Assembly (NCBI GenBank): GCA_951406725.2
Contig: OX597814.1
Location: 128,650,001-128,714,000 of the forward strand
DNA length: 64,000 nt
Direction of reading: 5' to 3'
Origin: Octopus vulgaris
Taxonomy: Eukaryota
Both the position numbers and the translations under genes were made by a program. Positions 12,521 to 26,895 of the stretch are shown here, in pieces. The notes under the pieces were generated by a model. It made no database searches. It was not told the DNA's origin and saw nothing but the letters and a program-made list of their open reading frames with translations. Within the stretch, counting starts at the first letter, position 1; every line of letters starts with the position of its first letter.

Positions 12521-13408
12521 GAAACTGTGCAGAAGCTTATTTAATGTGTGTGTGTGTGTATGTGTGTGTATGAGAAGCATGGTGACAGTGACTTTGAAGT
12601 TTCAGCCTACTAGCCCACTTTGCTTTTCATCATTGTATGGTTTATGAAGCAAAATACCATTTGAGCACCAAGGCTGCTAGTCTCAACTAACCCTAACCTT
12701 CTCTTCAACACTGCTTGCCTCATGCATAAATTAGAAACAATTATTTAAGTCATTAATTTTTGAATGTATTTGTTCCAGTTCTTTATTTTCAAAGACGAGA
12801 TGATAACAGAGATATTATGTTTCCCTGATGAGATCTAATATATACAGAAACATGCCTGAAATTATTACTATCCATTGCATTTTTTTATAAAAAATCAAAA
12901 TTAAATTAAATTAAATTAAACTTTGGAGTTGCCTCCTCTTCCTTTCTTGATTAAAATCTCTCATTAAGAAAATGATTTCTTTCTCTTTTCTAAGGCTGAA
13001 ATTTTAATTAATCAAAATTTCTTCGCTCAGCACATACACATTGTATTTTAGCTCCCATTTCTTTTATTTGTTTGCCATGCAGTAGGCACCCTTATATATT
13101 TTCCACCCCTGGCCATCACTCACTACTAGCTAGTATCCTGCCAAGATGGAGATTTATCTCTTGTTCACTAAGTGCAACACACTTAAGATAAACATCAATT
13201 TTATGAGCATCTTACTATACTTATAGAGATATATAATTCATACATACTCAAGCCACTACAGTTTATGAAAATACACTTAAAGAGATTATACTTGAACAAA
13301 ACACAATCTCAGGGCAGTGTACACTGAAGATAACATCATATCTCATTTGAAACACTAAATCTGCAAGAGAAATGAATCTTCTTGAATTATATTTCAAAAT
13401 AACACCCA

Positions 13409-13748
13409 TCTAACACCCGTGGACATGTTTACAAAGTCAGAAAACAGCACAGCTCCCATGACTTTTGGAAACATTTTTTCATGCTAAGAGTTGCTGAAGT
13501 ATGGAACAAACTGCTGGCATCAGCTGTTAGTTGTCGGAGCACTGAATCTTTTAAAACTTCCATGCTTCCTGAGATTCGCCAACACTACACCTGAATTTCT
13601 CTACTCCATACACACGCAAGCATCTATCTGACTCATACACTGTTCACTTCCCAGACATTTGTACATTACTGCATATGCTTTATACGCACTTTTGACAAGT
13701 TGTGGTGCACCTGAGCACTGTATACAATAATTTCATTATTATTATTAT
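13409..13748 (+). mobile_element. CR1-clade LINE 3' end
   Basis: Closely matches 43625-43960 (TRGH..K...HDFWKHFF.LRV..VWNKL) and ends in (ATT)n. Confidence 0.8.
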
Positions 13749-14274
13749 TTTATTTAGAAAGTTGGAAAAGTATAGTCATGTTTTGATATACTTTTTATTA
13801 CACTATGACTCAAAAAGAAGCTGTTGCTCATCTATATATTCATTATACATGTACATACTTAGACACATGCTTCACAAATACAAACAATATGAAGATAAAG
13901 CTTTTAGTGGAATTCTTATGACTAGTGCATTAAAAATTTTCAAATTAATTTGTCTTTTTCTGTTTGCATAAGACGCACTCATACACATATACCTATAGGT
14001 ATGTATGTATGTATGTATGTATGTATGTATGTATGTATGTATGTATATGCACACACACATACACATATATATATATGTATAAATACATATATATACATAT
14101 ATGTATTTATACACACACACACACACACACACATACATACATACACAATGCACACACATATGCACAATTAGTGACTTGAATACTGAGAATAGAGTCGAAT
14201 TTATTGTGAAGTTTGAATGACTAGGACTTAATATATATACACGTGTGAGTATGTATGTATAAATATATGCATGT

Positions 14275-14322
<48 letters not shown>

Positions 14323-14591
14323 TGCTTGTTGTCTACACCACCTGTCTTTGTCTTTTGTTTTTTTTTTTGTGAATTCTGCAACAGATATATATATATATAT
14401 ATATATGTATATAAATTTATATAAATAAGGATAAGATCATTATTTAAATATTGAACTTATCAAGTGGCCAGCATAGGAATAAAAACCTTCAACGGTAATA
14501 ATTATTATTAAAGTTATAATTTAGGGTTTCTAAATTATAAATTGAAATAGCAGCCAAAACTTGACTCTAAAACCACATTAAAATTTTATAT

Positions 14592-14684
<93 letters not shown>

Positions 14685-14685
14685 T

Positions 14686-15185
14686 ATCATTATCAGTTAA
14701 TATCCACTCTCCATGCTGGCATGGCTTGGCCAGTTTGACTGGAGCTGATAAGCCAGAGAGCAGCACCAGTCTGATTTGGCATGGTTTCTATGGTCGGATG
14801 CCCTTCCTAATGCCAACCCCAAAAGGAGTGTAATGGATACTTTTACATGCCACTGGCATGGGCGCTATTTAAATGATACCAGCATGGCCTCTACTATGAT
14901 TTCATTTGGCCTGATGAGTCTTCTCACACACAGCATATCGCCAGAGGTCTGTTTCTAGTCATTGCCTCTGTGAAGTCCAATATTTGAAGATCATGCTTCA
15001 CCACATCGTCCATGTCTTTCTGCGTCTATCTCTTTCACTGGTCCCAGCTACAGTTAGAGATTGGCACTCCTTTACAAAGCTGTCCTTGTCCATATGCATC
15101 ACATGACCATACTAGCATAGTTTCTCTCTCTTGCACACCATATCTGATGTTTCTTCTGCCCAACTTTTCTCTCAAGATGCTATCT
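14686..15185 (-). mobile_element. RTE LINE 3' fragment (ORF end plus 3'UTR)
   Basis: Minus strand shows QERKLC*YGHV...RKTWT.W-like remnants followed by the family C terminal domain. Confidence 0.7.
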
Positions 15186-15459
15186 TGTAGACCAGGATAT
15201 TTCATGCTTACAGCACAAACAGTAGGTTTGGAAAACTAACTAATAGAAAGGAATTAGTTTTCGAGTTTACTCCCTCTCTCTCTCTCTCGGAGAGGCACAA
15301 GCATCCACACACACATATTCACACACGGCAGTAACTTACGCCTACCAAATTCAATCACAAAGCTTCAGTCGGCTCAGGGCTATAGTAGAAGACACCTGCC
15401 GAAAGTGCCACATGGTGGGACTGAACCCGAAACCATGTAGCTAGGAAGCAAGCTCCCTA

Positions 15460-15720
15460 GACTGACTCCTGTGCAGGTGGCACGTAAAAAACATCATTTC
15501 GAGCGTGGCCGTTGCCAGTACTGCCAGACTGGCCCTCATGCAGGTGGCATGTAAAAGCACCCACTACACTCTCAGAGGAGTTGGCGTTAGGAAGGGCATC
15601 CAGTTGTAGAAACTCTGCCAGATCAGATTGGAGCCTGGCACAGCCATCTGGTCCACCAGTCCTCAGTCAAATCGTCTCACATGGAAAGCAGACGTTAAAG
15701 GATGATGATGATGATGAAGA
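15460..15720 (+). mobile_element. RTE 3'UTR remnant (family C)
   Basis: Tandem unit, terminal domain and (GAT)n tail. Confidence 0.8.
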
Positions 15721-15745
15721 CTGCTAAAACAATTAAAATATTCTT

Positions 15746-16145
15746 ATAGGTACAGGAGTGGCTGTGTGGTAAGTAGCTTGCTTACTAACCACATGGTTCC
15801 GGGTTCAGTCCCACTGCATGGCACCTTGGGCAAGTGTCTTCTACTAAAGCCTTGAGCCGAGCAAAACCTTGTGAGTGGATTTGGTAGACGGAAATTGAAA
15901 GAAGCCCGTCGTATATATGTATATGTATATATGTGTGTGTGTTTCTGTTTGTCCCCCCCAACATCGCATGACAACCGATGCTGGTGTGTTTGCATCCCTG
16001 TAACTTAGCGGTTCGGCAAATGAGACCAATAGAATAAGTACTAGGCTTACAAAGAATAAGTCTTGGGGTCGATTTGCTCGACTAAAAGCGGTGCTCCAGC
16101 ATGGCCACAGTCAAATGACTGAAACAAGTAAAAGAGTAAAGAGTA
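15746..16145 (+). mobile_element. SINE family A, full length
   Basis: Complete head, core, microsatellite and (TAAAAGAG)n tail. Confidence 0.9.
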
Positions 16146-18363
16146 TAAGTTGTCTCCTGTGATCTGTATACTTGTTTATTTTGAAATCCCATTTAGTCTC
16201 GTGTAACTTCGTGTATTTTCATCCAAAATTGAGATGAATACCAACATTTCCATATGGTACACTTGAACAATTGCAAAGATCTTTCTTTACATGAGAATGT
16301 TGGTAAACTTAATCCACAAAGAAAATATATGTATAGTCTGATGCAGATTTCCAGCTTGTCAACCCTGGTTAAACCATTCAACCCATGCCAGCATGGGTTA
16401 GATTATCATTATTTAACAGATGTTAAATGATGATGATGATAATGACGATGAGATATGTGTGTGTTTGTGTTTAATACCACCACTATTTGACTAGTGTTAG
16501 TTTCTTTATGTCCTTGTAAAGTGGTGGCTCAGAGACTCAAGACTCATAAAATATGAACCAGATTGGGAATGATTTATTTGGCTAAATTCTTCAAGACAGT
16601 GCCTTAACATGGCTGCAGTTCAATGAGTGAAACAAATAAAAGAGAAAAGATTATTTAATTATTATCAATTGTTATGTTTACATATAAATTTTAATTTTTA
16701 TCATACAGGTTTTTAAGTACAATTTGTAAGTTGATCATACTTCTGTTTCTTGTGTCTTGTTCAGTAGTGTAAAGCAGCTTTATATCAAATTATGATTATT
16801 TGTATGTGTTAATTGTGCTATGTTCATGATATGTATACCATGTACTAACAATCGGTTTGTATATTTCCCAAAAGTATATAATTTTTCACTAAAGCTCTTT
16901 CATACCATCAGAAGTAGTGATCCCACTTTGGGTGTCAAAACCACAATGATTTCTGTTTGGTAGCTAATGAAGAATACTCTCCATTTGAGTTGACTTGAAT
17001 TTTTTCTGAAATTATGTCTTCGCTTGCTGTTAATACCTGGTGGTTTGTTTGATTTTTTGTTTCAGTGTGTTTTATAGGGATTATATAAGTTCTTAGATCA
17101 TTTCTGATCCTGATCCTTGGTTGAGTTAAATTTAGGGTTACTCTTTTACTTGTTTCAGTCATGTGACTGTGATCATGCTGGAGCACCACCTTAAAAACAT
17201 AAAGGCAAACGAAATACAGTTAAGCATTTCACCCAGCGCATTAACATTTCTGCCATCTCGCCACCTTAGATAAAATTTTGTTCATGCAGTCTGTAAATAA
17301 TTATTGTTTAGCATGGTCAAATTGCCATTATAAGGGGAACATGAAGTATGTGTGTGTATGTATGTATGTATGTATGTATGTATGTATGTATGTGTGTATG
17401 GATGTATGTAGGTAGGTAGATATGTATATGTATAAATCCAAAAAACAGAATAAGAACGTAATGGATGACAATAAAAACATATGGACAGAGAGACAATACA
17501 AAGACGGATAGAAAGAACCAGGACAGAACATTTGTGGCTTTCTTTCATCAGTCAAGCTTCCAATCATCATTACAGTTTCGTCCTGTTACACTTGAGACTG
17601 TTCAAAATTGGTAGGCCCCAAAAATCTAAGCTAAGGGCATTAAATTTTTGGAAGAAAGCAAGCTAATATGTGTGACAACACAGACAAAAAAAAAAAAAAA
17701 AGAAAATGGAGAAAATATTACATGATTACAAATACAAACAACAAAAACAACAGGTGTCTTTCGACTAATAAGGACAAGTTAAATTGAGCTGGCATGTTAA
17801 GTGGAAGCCTTAGGGCACGAGGATAGATGAAAGTCAGGACACAAGAAAATAAGGTGTTGTGTGGGTGGTGGTCACACCAAGAAAGAAAGATTGGGCTTGG
17901 CCGTATGCATGTATGTGTATGTGGATGGATGGATGGATAGATGGATAGATGCATGTATGGTATGTTTATTTGAATGTACATATGTATGCAGGTACACATG
18001 AATGTATGTAGGTGTGCATGTATCCATGTATGAATGTAACTGGTTCAAAGGATCATTGTTAGGCCAATGAGAATAAAGAACTCAAACGTGAGAAATTTGA
18101 GAGTCAAGATATTTAAGCCATAACTGTGAGTCTAACAAAATATATTTTGTTGGACTCACAGTTACAGATTAAATACATGAGCGCACACACACACACACAC
18201 ATGTATTTATTTATGTTCTATGTTTGAATTGCTTAAATGCATGTATGTGTGACAGAGAATATGGTGTGATGAAGATATCAGTGTGTTTATATATATATTT
18301 TTTGGGGGTGTCTTTTTTCTTTTCACACACACACACACATACACTCACATACACACATACACT

Positions 18364-18430
<67 letters not shown>

Positions 18431-19084
18431 TTCCTTTTCACTACTTGGACTTCAAAAGTGTATGTATGTATGTATGTATGTATGTATGTATGTGCGTATG
18501 TGTGTGTGTGTGTGTACCCTTTCATTTGACTGCTTAGACTTCAAAGGTCAATTGTATAGTCTCTGACCATCATCTGAACAGACTAGTTGACATAATGTCA
18601 CTTGATGAACCAATTCAGCAGTATAAGAATTATTTTATTAATCTGCCATTAGTATTGTCCGTAGGTCACTTCTGTTGACCTTTGTTGAAAGAAATACAAA
18701 AGTTCTGGCTTTATAATTTTTTAACTAAACATTTTATTCATTTTACTTTATTACCTTTTTTTTTTGCACTTCTTCTGATCTTATATCGTTTGCTTTCAGC
18801 ACGAAATATATTTGATTCAGTTAACTGAATCATAGTATGACATCATCGTCTTCATTTGAAATCTGTCTTCCATACTGGCAAAGGTTAAATGGTTTGACCA
18901 TAGTTGGTAAGTCAGAGAGCTGCACCAGACACTAGTCATCTGTTCTGGCTTGGTTTCTACGGCTGGATGCCCTTCCTAATGCTAACCAGTTTACAGAGTA
19001 TACTGGGGTGGAGGCACATGGCCTAGTGGTTTCTATGGCTGGATGCCCTACCTAATGCCAACCAGTTTACAGAGTATACTGGGG

Positions 19085-19375
19085 TGGAGGCACATGGCCT
19101 AGTGGTCGAGGGATCGCGAGTTCGAATCTCAGACTGGGTGATGTGTGTGTTTATGAACGAAGCACCTAAGCTCCACATGGCTCTGGTAGAAGGTAATGGT
19201 AAGCCTCTGCTGACTCTTTTGCCACAACTTTCTCTCACTCTTTCCTCCTGCATCTTGCAGCTCACCTGCGACGGACCGGCATCCCATCCAGGTGGGGAAC
19301 CTATACACCAAGGAAACCGGGAAACCGCCCTATGCTCCACAAGGGGCAAAAAGGATTAAGAAGAAGAGAAGAGTA
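19085..19375 (+). mobile_element. tRNA-headed SINE family E; second copy at 22948-23175
   Basis: GGAGGCACATGGCCTAGTGG A box, GTTCGAATCTC B box, AGAAGGTAATGG(C/T)AA motif and GAAACCGGGAAACCG tail. Confidence 0.8.
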
Positions 19376-19559
19376 TACTGGTGCTTTTTACATGTTACTT
19401 GCATGGGTACTTTTTATGTGTCCCTGGCACAGGAGCCTTTTACTTGTCATCAACACAGGTTCTCTTTACATGGCACCAGCAACTTAGCTATATGGACAGC
19501 TTGCAATACATTTCTCATCTCTTTAAAGAAAAACTCCTATCCATAAACATTAGAATTTA

Positions 19560-19733
19560 CCGTATTTGATGGCATAAAAGACACAGGGGTGTATTAAACA
19601 TACCTCAATTTCAGTAGCACATGAGAGAAAATGTTTTTAGTGCATTAAAGCTTATTGGAGGCCCAACTTCTTATATAGGGTCTGGGATGACCTTTTGGTA
19701 GAAGCAAAGCATATTATATGCCATCAAATCTGG
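19560..19733. mobile_element. pogo/Tigger-type MITE
   Basis: TIRs CCGTATTTGATGGCATA / TATGCCATCAAATCTGG, preceded by TA. Confidence 0.6.
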
Positions 19734-20479
19734 GACATCTCATAGGACACAAATTCTGGCTTGGCTTGGATTGCCTGTATTCTGTCCACTGCAGGATGAA
19801 GACCTCAGCATGTTCTTTTCATTAATCACAGTCTGATGTGGAGGCTATAAATTTGAGCTTGAGACCATAGTAGTTAGATGATCCTACTCTGCTTCAATGG
19901 CCCACTATGGCTTGGCAGAGGGTGCAGTTTTTATACTCATACCCAAGAGTAGTAAAGTCAATTACATTGGCCCCTGTGCCCAACTACTACTTATTTGATC
20001 AACCCTGAATGGTTGAAAGGCGAAGTTGACTTTGGCGGAATCTGAACTCAGAACATAAGGACAGATGAAATACTATGAAATATTGCTAAGCATTTCACCC
20101 AGGTTGCTAACAATTCTGCCAGCTTACTGACACAAACTTATTAAATGAAATTAAAATGTATTGTTGTTGTTTGGTCTTCATTAAGATGTCATCTGCTCAA
20201 AAGCCTTCTAACTGTGAGCATTATAAGGCAGCGAGCTGGTAGAAATGTTTGCACTCTGGGCGAAATGCTTAGCATAGAACTGATTTACCTTGTGCTCCTG
20301 TTTATTATTATTTTTGTTGTTATTGTTTTGTTTTGTTGTTTACTACAATTTTTTTCTTACTCCATATTTAATTTGTGATTATATTTCTAATACTCCATGA
20401 CATGAATATGTAAACACTAACTTAATTATTGTTGTTATGTAACATATATGTTCAGAAGCATTCCAGCCTCCAAGGATGA

Positions 20480-20970
20480 TGCCAGAGCCGCCTGACTGGC
20501 TCCCATGCTGGTGGCATGCAATAAACACCATTCATGCATGGGTCATTGCCAGTGCTGCCTGACTAGCTCCCTGTACCGGTGGAATATAAAAAGCACCATC
20601 TGAACATGGTCGATGCCAGCCCCCTTGCTCTGACTGGCTCCTGTGCTGGTGGCACATAAAAAGCACAATCCGAATATGGCCGATGCCAGTGCCACCTGAC
20701 TGGCTCCCATGCTGGTGGCACATAAAAAGCACCATCTGAACATGGTTGATGCCAGCCCCGTCATCCCGAGTGGCTCCTGTGCTGGTGGCACAAAAAAAGC
20801 ACCCACCACACTCTTGGAATGGTTGGCATTAGGAAGGACATCCAGCTGTAGAAACATTACCAGTTCAGATTGGAGTCTGGTGTGACCTCCTGGCTTGCCA
20901 GACCCCAATCAAACTGTCCAACCCATGCCAGCATGGAAAATGGACGTTAAACGATGATGATGAGGAGGAG
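20480..20970 (+). mobile_element. RTE 3'UTR remnant with five 66-70 bp tandem units
   Basis: GGTGG(C)A at 20510, 20578, 20648, 20714 and 20784, then the terminal domain and (GAT)n. Confidence 0.85.
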
Positions 20971-21108
20971 GATTATCTAATGTGTCCTTTCATTATTTAA
21001 GTGTAATATGAGGAAAATTTGTTCATTTTTTTCTAGTTAGTCAAGCAACCTTTGTAGTTTCTTGATTGTCTACAGTTTTTCCTGCAGATGGCATACCCTG
21101 GCATTTAA

Positions 21109-21301
21109 CCCTTTAGCATTCAGATTACTCCATCAAATATAGTACTTATTCACATTGTTTTCAATAGATCATGTCTTATCTTGTAGCTTCAATATGTGAT
21201 AGCTTATTTTCAGAATGACATTGTAATGTAGGTGAGAAAGACCAGATCTAGTCCATATGAACATAAAGCAGGGCCTGATATGGCCATTTTAAGCTAAAGG
21301 G
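21109..21301. mobile_element. piggyBac-type MITE
   Basis: TTAA|CCCTTTAGC ... GCTAAAGGG|TTAA. Confidence 0.8.
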
Positions 21302-22022
21302 TTAAACAAAATTCTGTTCCTGCACCACTCAATGTACAATATTGTGCATTTACTTAGGGCTTTTTTATTACCATTTCAGTGAACACGATGAAACTTGTGC
21401 TTCCTTGATGAGGTCAGAATAAGGCATTAGAAATATTATATCATCATCATCATCACCTCCTGAACATTACTGCCTCAAATTCTAAGATTTAATGAGCCAG
21501 TTATCTGGTTTCCATTGCACAACATTCCTCTTCAATGAGACATCAGTCTGTCAGAGAGTTATTCATTTACAGTTGAGTGGGGCTCGAGCATGGATGTCCT
21601 TCCTAACACCAACCACTCAGCAGAGTGGACTTAGTACTTTTTACGTGGTAAAAGCATAGGCGAGGTCATTTGTGGTAAAGTTTTTATAGCTGGATGCCCT
21701 TCCAAACACCAGCCACTCTACAGTGTGGACTAGGTACTTTTAAGTGGCACCTGCACTGACAGGGCCACCAAGTACTTGCAAAACAAAAAGGAAAAAAAAT
21801 TATCACTTCACATGGATTATTACTTGGTAAATAAGCAAGATATAGTTTATTTTTTGAAAGAGTTGTTTTTACAACTAAGTGCAGGCATGGCTGTGTGGTT
21901 AAGAATTTCTCTTCCCAGCTGTGTGGTTTGGGGTTCAGTCTTGGTGCCAGTCAAAGCATTGAGGGTAGAGTCAGTTGACAGAAAATGAAAAGCCTATCAT
22001 CATCAACAATATCTGTTGTTAA

Positions 22023-22335
22023 CCTCCTCCTCCCCACCCTCCTCATCTTCCTCCTCCTCCACCCATCATCTTCCTCTTCCTCCTCCTCCCCCTCCTCCTC
22101 TTCTTCTTTTTCTTCCTCCTCCTCCTCCCCTTCACCCTCCCCCTCATCTTCATCTTCCTCCTCCTCCCCATCTGCTTTCTCCTCCCCCTCTTCCTCCCCC
22201 TCTTCCTCCTCCTCCCCATCTGCTTCCTCTTCCTCCTCCTCCCCATTCGCTTCCTCCTCCTCCTCCTCCTCCTCCTCCTCCCCATCCTCTTTCTCCTCCG
22301 CCTTCCTTCCCCCTTCTCCCCCCACCCCTCCTCCT
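22023..22335. repeat. Degenerate (CCT/TCT)n polypyrimidine tract
   Basis: Read directly; it generates the poly-E/S/P ORFs. Confidence 0.9.
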
Positions 22336-25169
22336 TATTTAATGTTGATGTTCCATGTGGGCACGGGTTGGATGGTTTGACTGGATTTGATGAGTCCAAG
22401 GACTGCATTGTAATCTATTGTCTGCTGCTTTGGCATGGATACCCTTCCTAAAACCAACTAAACAGCATGTACTGGTGAGGTAGGTTGTTACACTACATGT
22501 AGGGTGAGGTGGCTTTATGGAAGAAGATGAAGGATTAAAATATGAATGAATGGGGAAGGATGGAACATGTTTCTTGTTTTAGAGATGTGACATGACTACT
22601 CCATTTTAGAAGAGAGGGTGAGAATGATCAGAAGGGGCTGCAGAGAAATAAATGGGAGTGACAAAGTGTCCAGGTAACCATACTGATATTTTGCATCAAC
22701 CACACCTTCACACTTGTTCATCGCTCACTGCATTCACTTTTACTCACGTCTATAACTATCTGTTACTCTCCTATCACACTCTTATGAAATTATTTACCTT
22801 CTTCTTCCACTGTCCATATTCTCTCTAAAGATCACCTTCTTGTACCTTGAGAGTTTGCTCTGACATCTCGCCACCAGCATCTTTATCTTCTTTCCAGCTG
22901 CTCCTACCTACTCTTATATAATGTTGGCTTGCCACATATCTCCTATGTGGAGGCACATGGCCTACTGGTTAGAGCAGCGGACTCGCGGTCAAGGGATCGC
23001 GGGTTCGAATCTCAGACCGGGCGATGTGTGTGTTTATGAGCGAAAGCACCTTAGCTCCATGTGGCTCCGGCAGAAGGTAATGGCAAATAGGTGGGGCACC
23101 TATACGCCAAGAAACCAGGAAACCGGCCCTTATGAGCCAGGCATGGCTCGAGAAGGAACAAACCAAACAAACAACAAAAGTGCCTATGCTGGTGCCATAT
23201 AAAAGCACCCAGTACACTCTGTAAAGTGGTTGACATTAAGAAGGGCATCCAGCAGTAGAAACCATGCCAAAACAGACAAATGGAGCTCTTCCAGCTGACC
23301 AGCTCCTGTCAAACCATCCAACCCATGCCAGCATGGAAAATGGACATTAAACGATGCTAGTGATCGTCATCATATAACAGGCTACTATAATACAGAATGC
23401 TGTTACTACATGACATATTGTTACAAGAAATGTGCCACATGATAACATTTATCATTCGTATCACAGGATAATTTAAATGTTTCTCTCAAGTCAGATTGTA
23501 AAGTTAGTTGGTTTTCAGCTTAGAAAATGTTGCTGCAACACTTAATGCAATCAGAAGCATTCTGACCTTTAAGTTTTGCAGTATTTTGCTATCCTGCATT
23601 CAAATACTGATGAGTGAAGTCGTTTCTAACAGCTAAGCCACCTGCCATTCCACATTAAAAAAAACAACAACATTATTTCATCAAATGTCTAAATGTCTGG
23701 GATGAATTGTTGTTAGACAATTATTTTTTCTGGAGATTTTTAATTGAATTAACTACAATTTAAGAGAAGATAAAGGCTCTGACTTTAAATCCTGTTAGGT
23801 ACAAGATAGGTGCATGGCCTTATACTGATTTCTTTACTACCCACAAGGGGCTAAACACAGAGAGGACAAACAAGGACAGACAAACGGATTAAGTCAATTA
23901 TATCGATATAAGATATCTCTCAGACAGCCATACTCCCAACTCATGCAGGTAGAGAAATAATAATGAATCCACCCGGCTTTGATCAACTATATATGCGTTT
24001 CTGGTTTAAAGAAATGTAAAATTTTATTTTTACTCACTTATTTCTGTCTTCAGTATAGTATTTCAATTATAAATTTGAGGGTACTAATAATCAAAATATG
24101 TATTTGACCAAGCGCCATCGAATAGCTTATGTCCAAAAACCAGTACTTCTGAATCTATACAGATGAGTGACAACATGCATTCTTCCCCAATGATCCACAT
24201 GTGCTATGAGTAATCCCCCAGAAACTGCAGTTTATTATCAGGGAGCGAATTATATTATCAATAATTATTATTATTACTGATATATATATATATGTGTGTG
24301 TTTGTCTTTATTATTATTATTATTATCATCATTGATATATATATATGTTTGTCTTCTGTCTCTTCCCACCTTTGTCTCACTTGTTTTTTCCCTAACCCCC
24401 TTTGTGTCTGTCTCATGTATTTTCTCTAGAGAGAAAAAGAGGTAGAAGTAGTGAGAGAGATGCATATACAACTAGAGAGATAGAGAATGGGAGATTGTGA
24501 GGGAAATAGAGACATAGAGAGGGACATATAGACAGAGAGAAGGCAGAGGACTGACATCTCACACGTTTTTTTCTCAAGAGAGAAAAAGAAGTAGAGGTGG
24601 TGAGAGAGAAAGACATACACATATACAACCAAAGAGAGAGAGAGAGAGAGAGAGAGATAGTGAGGAAGATAGTGATATAGAGAGGGATATATAAACAGAG
24701 AGAAAGCAGAAGTTCAGTGGTGACTTCAAAGAAATAAATGTAATGTATAAACTTAGAGAAAGTTGGAGATGGACTGAGTGATAGGTGGAGTATTTTTTCA
24801 CTCTGTAAAAAGCATTACAGTGAAATAGACAGTACGTGGATTGCTAGGAATAGGAGCCAATACACCACCAACTCGCCCCCTCTCCCTTCCATTTTCAGAA
24901 AATAAGTGCACAGTTATCTGCAGAATGGTCAAATTAATTCAAATGACATGAAAAACGGATATATTATTAATTTTATTTAGTGTTTTCAGCAGTCAATGTA
25001 CAAACAAACTTTGCTTTTTATAAGTATAAGGATAAGGTTACATACTAGTTTATATTATAGTTCCTACACATGCTTCACCATTATGGTTGTTTGAAGCTAA
25101 GCCATAGGTGTTTCAAGATGCTCAGTCACAATGGATCATAAGGGAAGTTTATTACATTAAGTTACAGTT

Positions 25170-25412
25170 ATCATCATCATCATCATCGTTTAACGTCCAT
25201 TTTCCATGCTAGCATAGGTTGGACGGTTCGACCGGGGGTCTGGGAAGCCAGGAAGCTGCACCAGGCTCCAGTCTGATCTGGCAGTGTTTCTACAGCTGGA
25301 TGCCCTTCTTAATGCCAACTACTCCGTGAGTGTAGTGGGTGCTTTTTATGTGCCACCAGCACAGGGACCAGAGGAGGCTGGCAACAGCCATGATTGGTAG
25401 GTGCTTTTTATG
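25170..25412 (-). mobile_element. RTE 3'UTR remnant (family C)
   Basis: Near-identical to 6582-6820. Confidence 0.85.
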
Positions 25413-25572
25413 TTTCCTGCATTTACTATGTAGCTCATGACTAGTTATACTACTCAGTATGGAAGTTACTTACTGACAATACAGGAAGCAGACTGGATTA
25501 TGATAACCTACATGAAACTCAAACATAACAGTAGCTGTCGTACATCTAATTGTATGCAAAATTTCTGCTACA

Positions 25573-25893
25573 CAGTGGAGCCTCGGCTTGTAAATTTAAT
25601 TCATTCCTGAAGGCTGTTCATCACCTGAAGTATTCATAAACCGAAACTGTTTTCCCCATAGGAAATTCAAGAATTGGAACAGCAAATTTGAGCAGGAATG
25701 TGCAGTGAGCAAAAGCTAGGCATTAACTGATGGTCTCTTACTGATATTCCCAGCTCGTCACCAACCATTGCTGCCAGGTTATGTGTTTGTTACTTGAGAC
25801 ATTGTTCATCACCTGAAATATTTTATGTTAAAAAAATTGTTTGCCAGCTTATTTCTTCATAATGAGAAGTGATCATAAACTGAGGTTCCACTG
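25573..25893. mobile_element. pogo/Tigger-type MITE
   Basis: TIRs CAGTGGAGCCTCGG / CTGAGGTTCCACTG. Confidence 0.65.
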
Positions 25894-26664
25894 GATATGG
25901 AGCTAGAGTACAAGACGCTTTCACAAGGTATTGCATAGCCTGACTGAACCTAAGACCATGTGGGCATAAAGCACACCTGATTATACAGAAATTCCTACAC
26001 TGTATTATGGTATTTAATTACTTATAATAATTTTTGTTATTTTTCATTTTGGGGCTATAAGGTGTAAATGAGGGCAATTTGATTGCTATTTCTAGCGTGT
26101 TGAGACTGTTATTTATAAATTAAGTCCCCGGCTTTAAGGGTACTGCAAAAAGGCCTGGTTGGATGCCCAAACTCCTGAGTTCTTTTACAGGGCTTAAAAA
26201 AAAACTGAAGGATCATTGCAATGAGTGTGTGAAACAGAGGGAAATATGTTGAATAAAATTATAAACTGATCCTCCAGTATTTTCCTTTATCCAACACCAG
26301 GACCTTTTAAGCATGCCCTCATAATCTGTTGCAGAGGAAAATGCAAAAACTAGGCTAGCAGAAAACACCAAAAAATATTGGGATTGAAATTTTCAACCTA
26401 ATCTTGATATAGGACATATTGTATTTCATGCATTGATTAACAAACTTGTTGAACAAGTATCAAGTCATCTGTATTCTTTGTACAAACAATGTTTATCTCA
26501 GAGACTAACACACTACATCTTACTATGGTCACTTGATTGACCCTTTTACATGATGATAATGATACCACCAGCATGGCTGTTGCTACTGGTGATGATGCTG
26601 AAGATGCTGACAACAAAGTTGGTGCCAACAAAGTCAATTACAAGGACAATTGGGACTGTGAAGA

Positions 26665-26895
26665 TGATGATGACAATAGTGTTGGCGATGGTGATGATGA
26701 TGAAGAAGAAGATGATGATGATATGGTGGTGGTGGTGATGATGATGAGGACGACGAAGATGATGATGATGTGGTGGTGATGGTGATGATGACGAGGACGA
26801 CGAAGATGATGATGATATGGTGGTGGTGGTGGTGATGAGGATGATGATTATGATGATGATGATAAGGAGGCAGAGGGGAGGAGGAAGAGGAAGAG
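26665..26895. repeat. Compound (GAT/GGT/GAC)n trinucleotide repeat
   Basis: Read directly. Confidence 0.9.

Noticed and set aside
12820-12862. CTGATGA...GAAACATG hammerhead-like motif
   Set aside because: Stem II does not pair and the UH site is missing; at best a heavily decayed relic
20480-20800. CRISPR-like repeat-spacer array
   Set aside because: The units are homologous along their whole length, belong to a LINE 3'UTR, and there are no cas genes in this eukaryotic DNA
21951-22408. Acidic, Ser-rich and Pro-rich ORFs (also 26537-26993, 32678-32972, 59702-60123 and the YI/HT/CV ORFs)
   Set aside because: Stop-free translations of simple repeats
22948-23022. tRNA gene
   Set aside because: The A/B boxes belong to a SINE head followed by SINE body; no proper acceptor stem
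26334-26539. Reading frame with a single internal TGA after a possible splice acceptor
   Set aside because: No recognisable homology, donor site or SECIS; expected by chance
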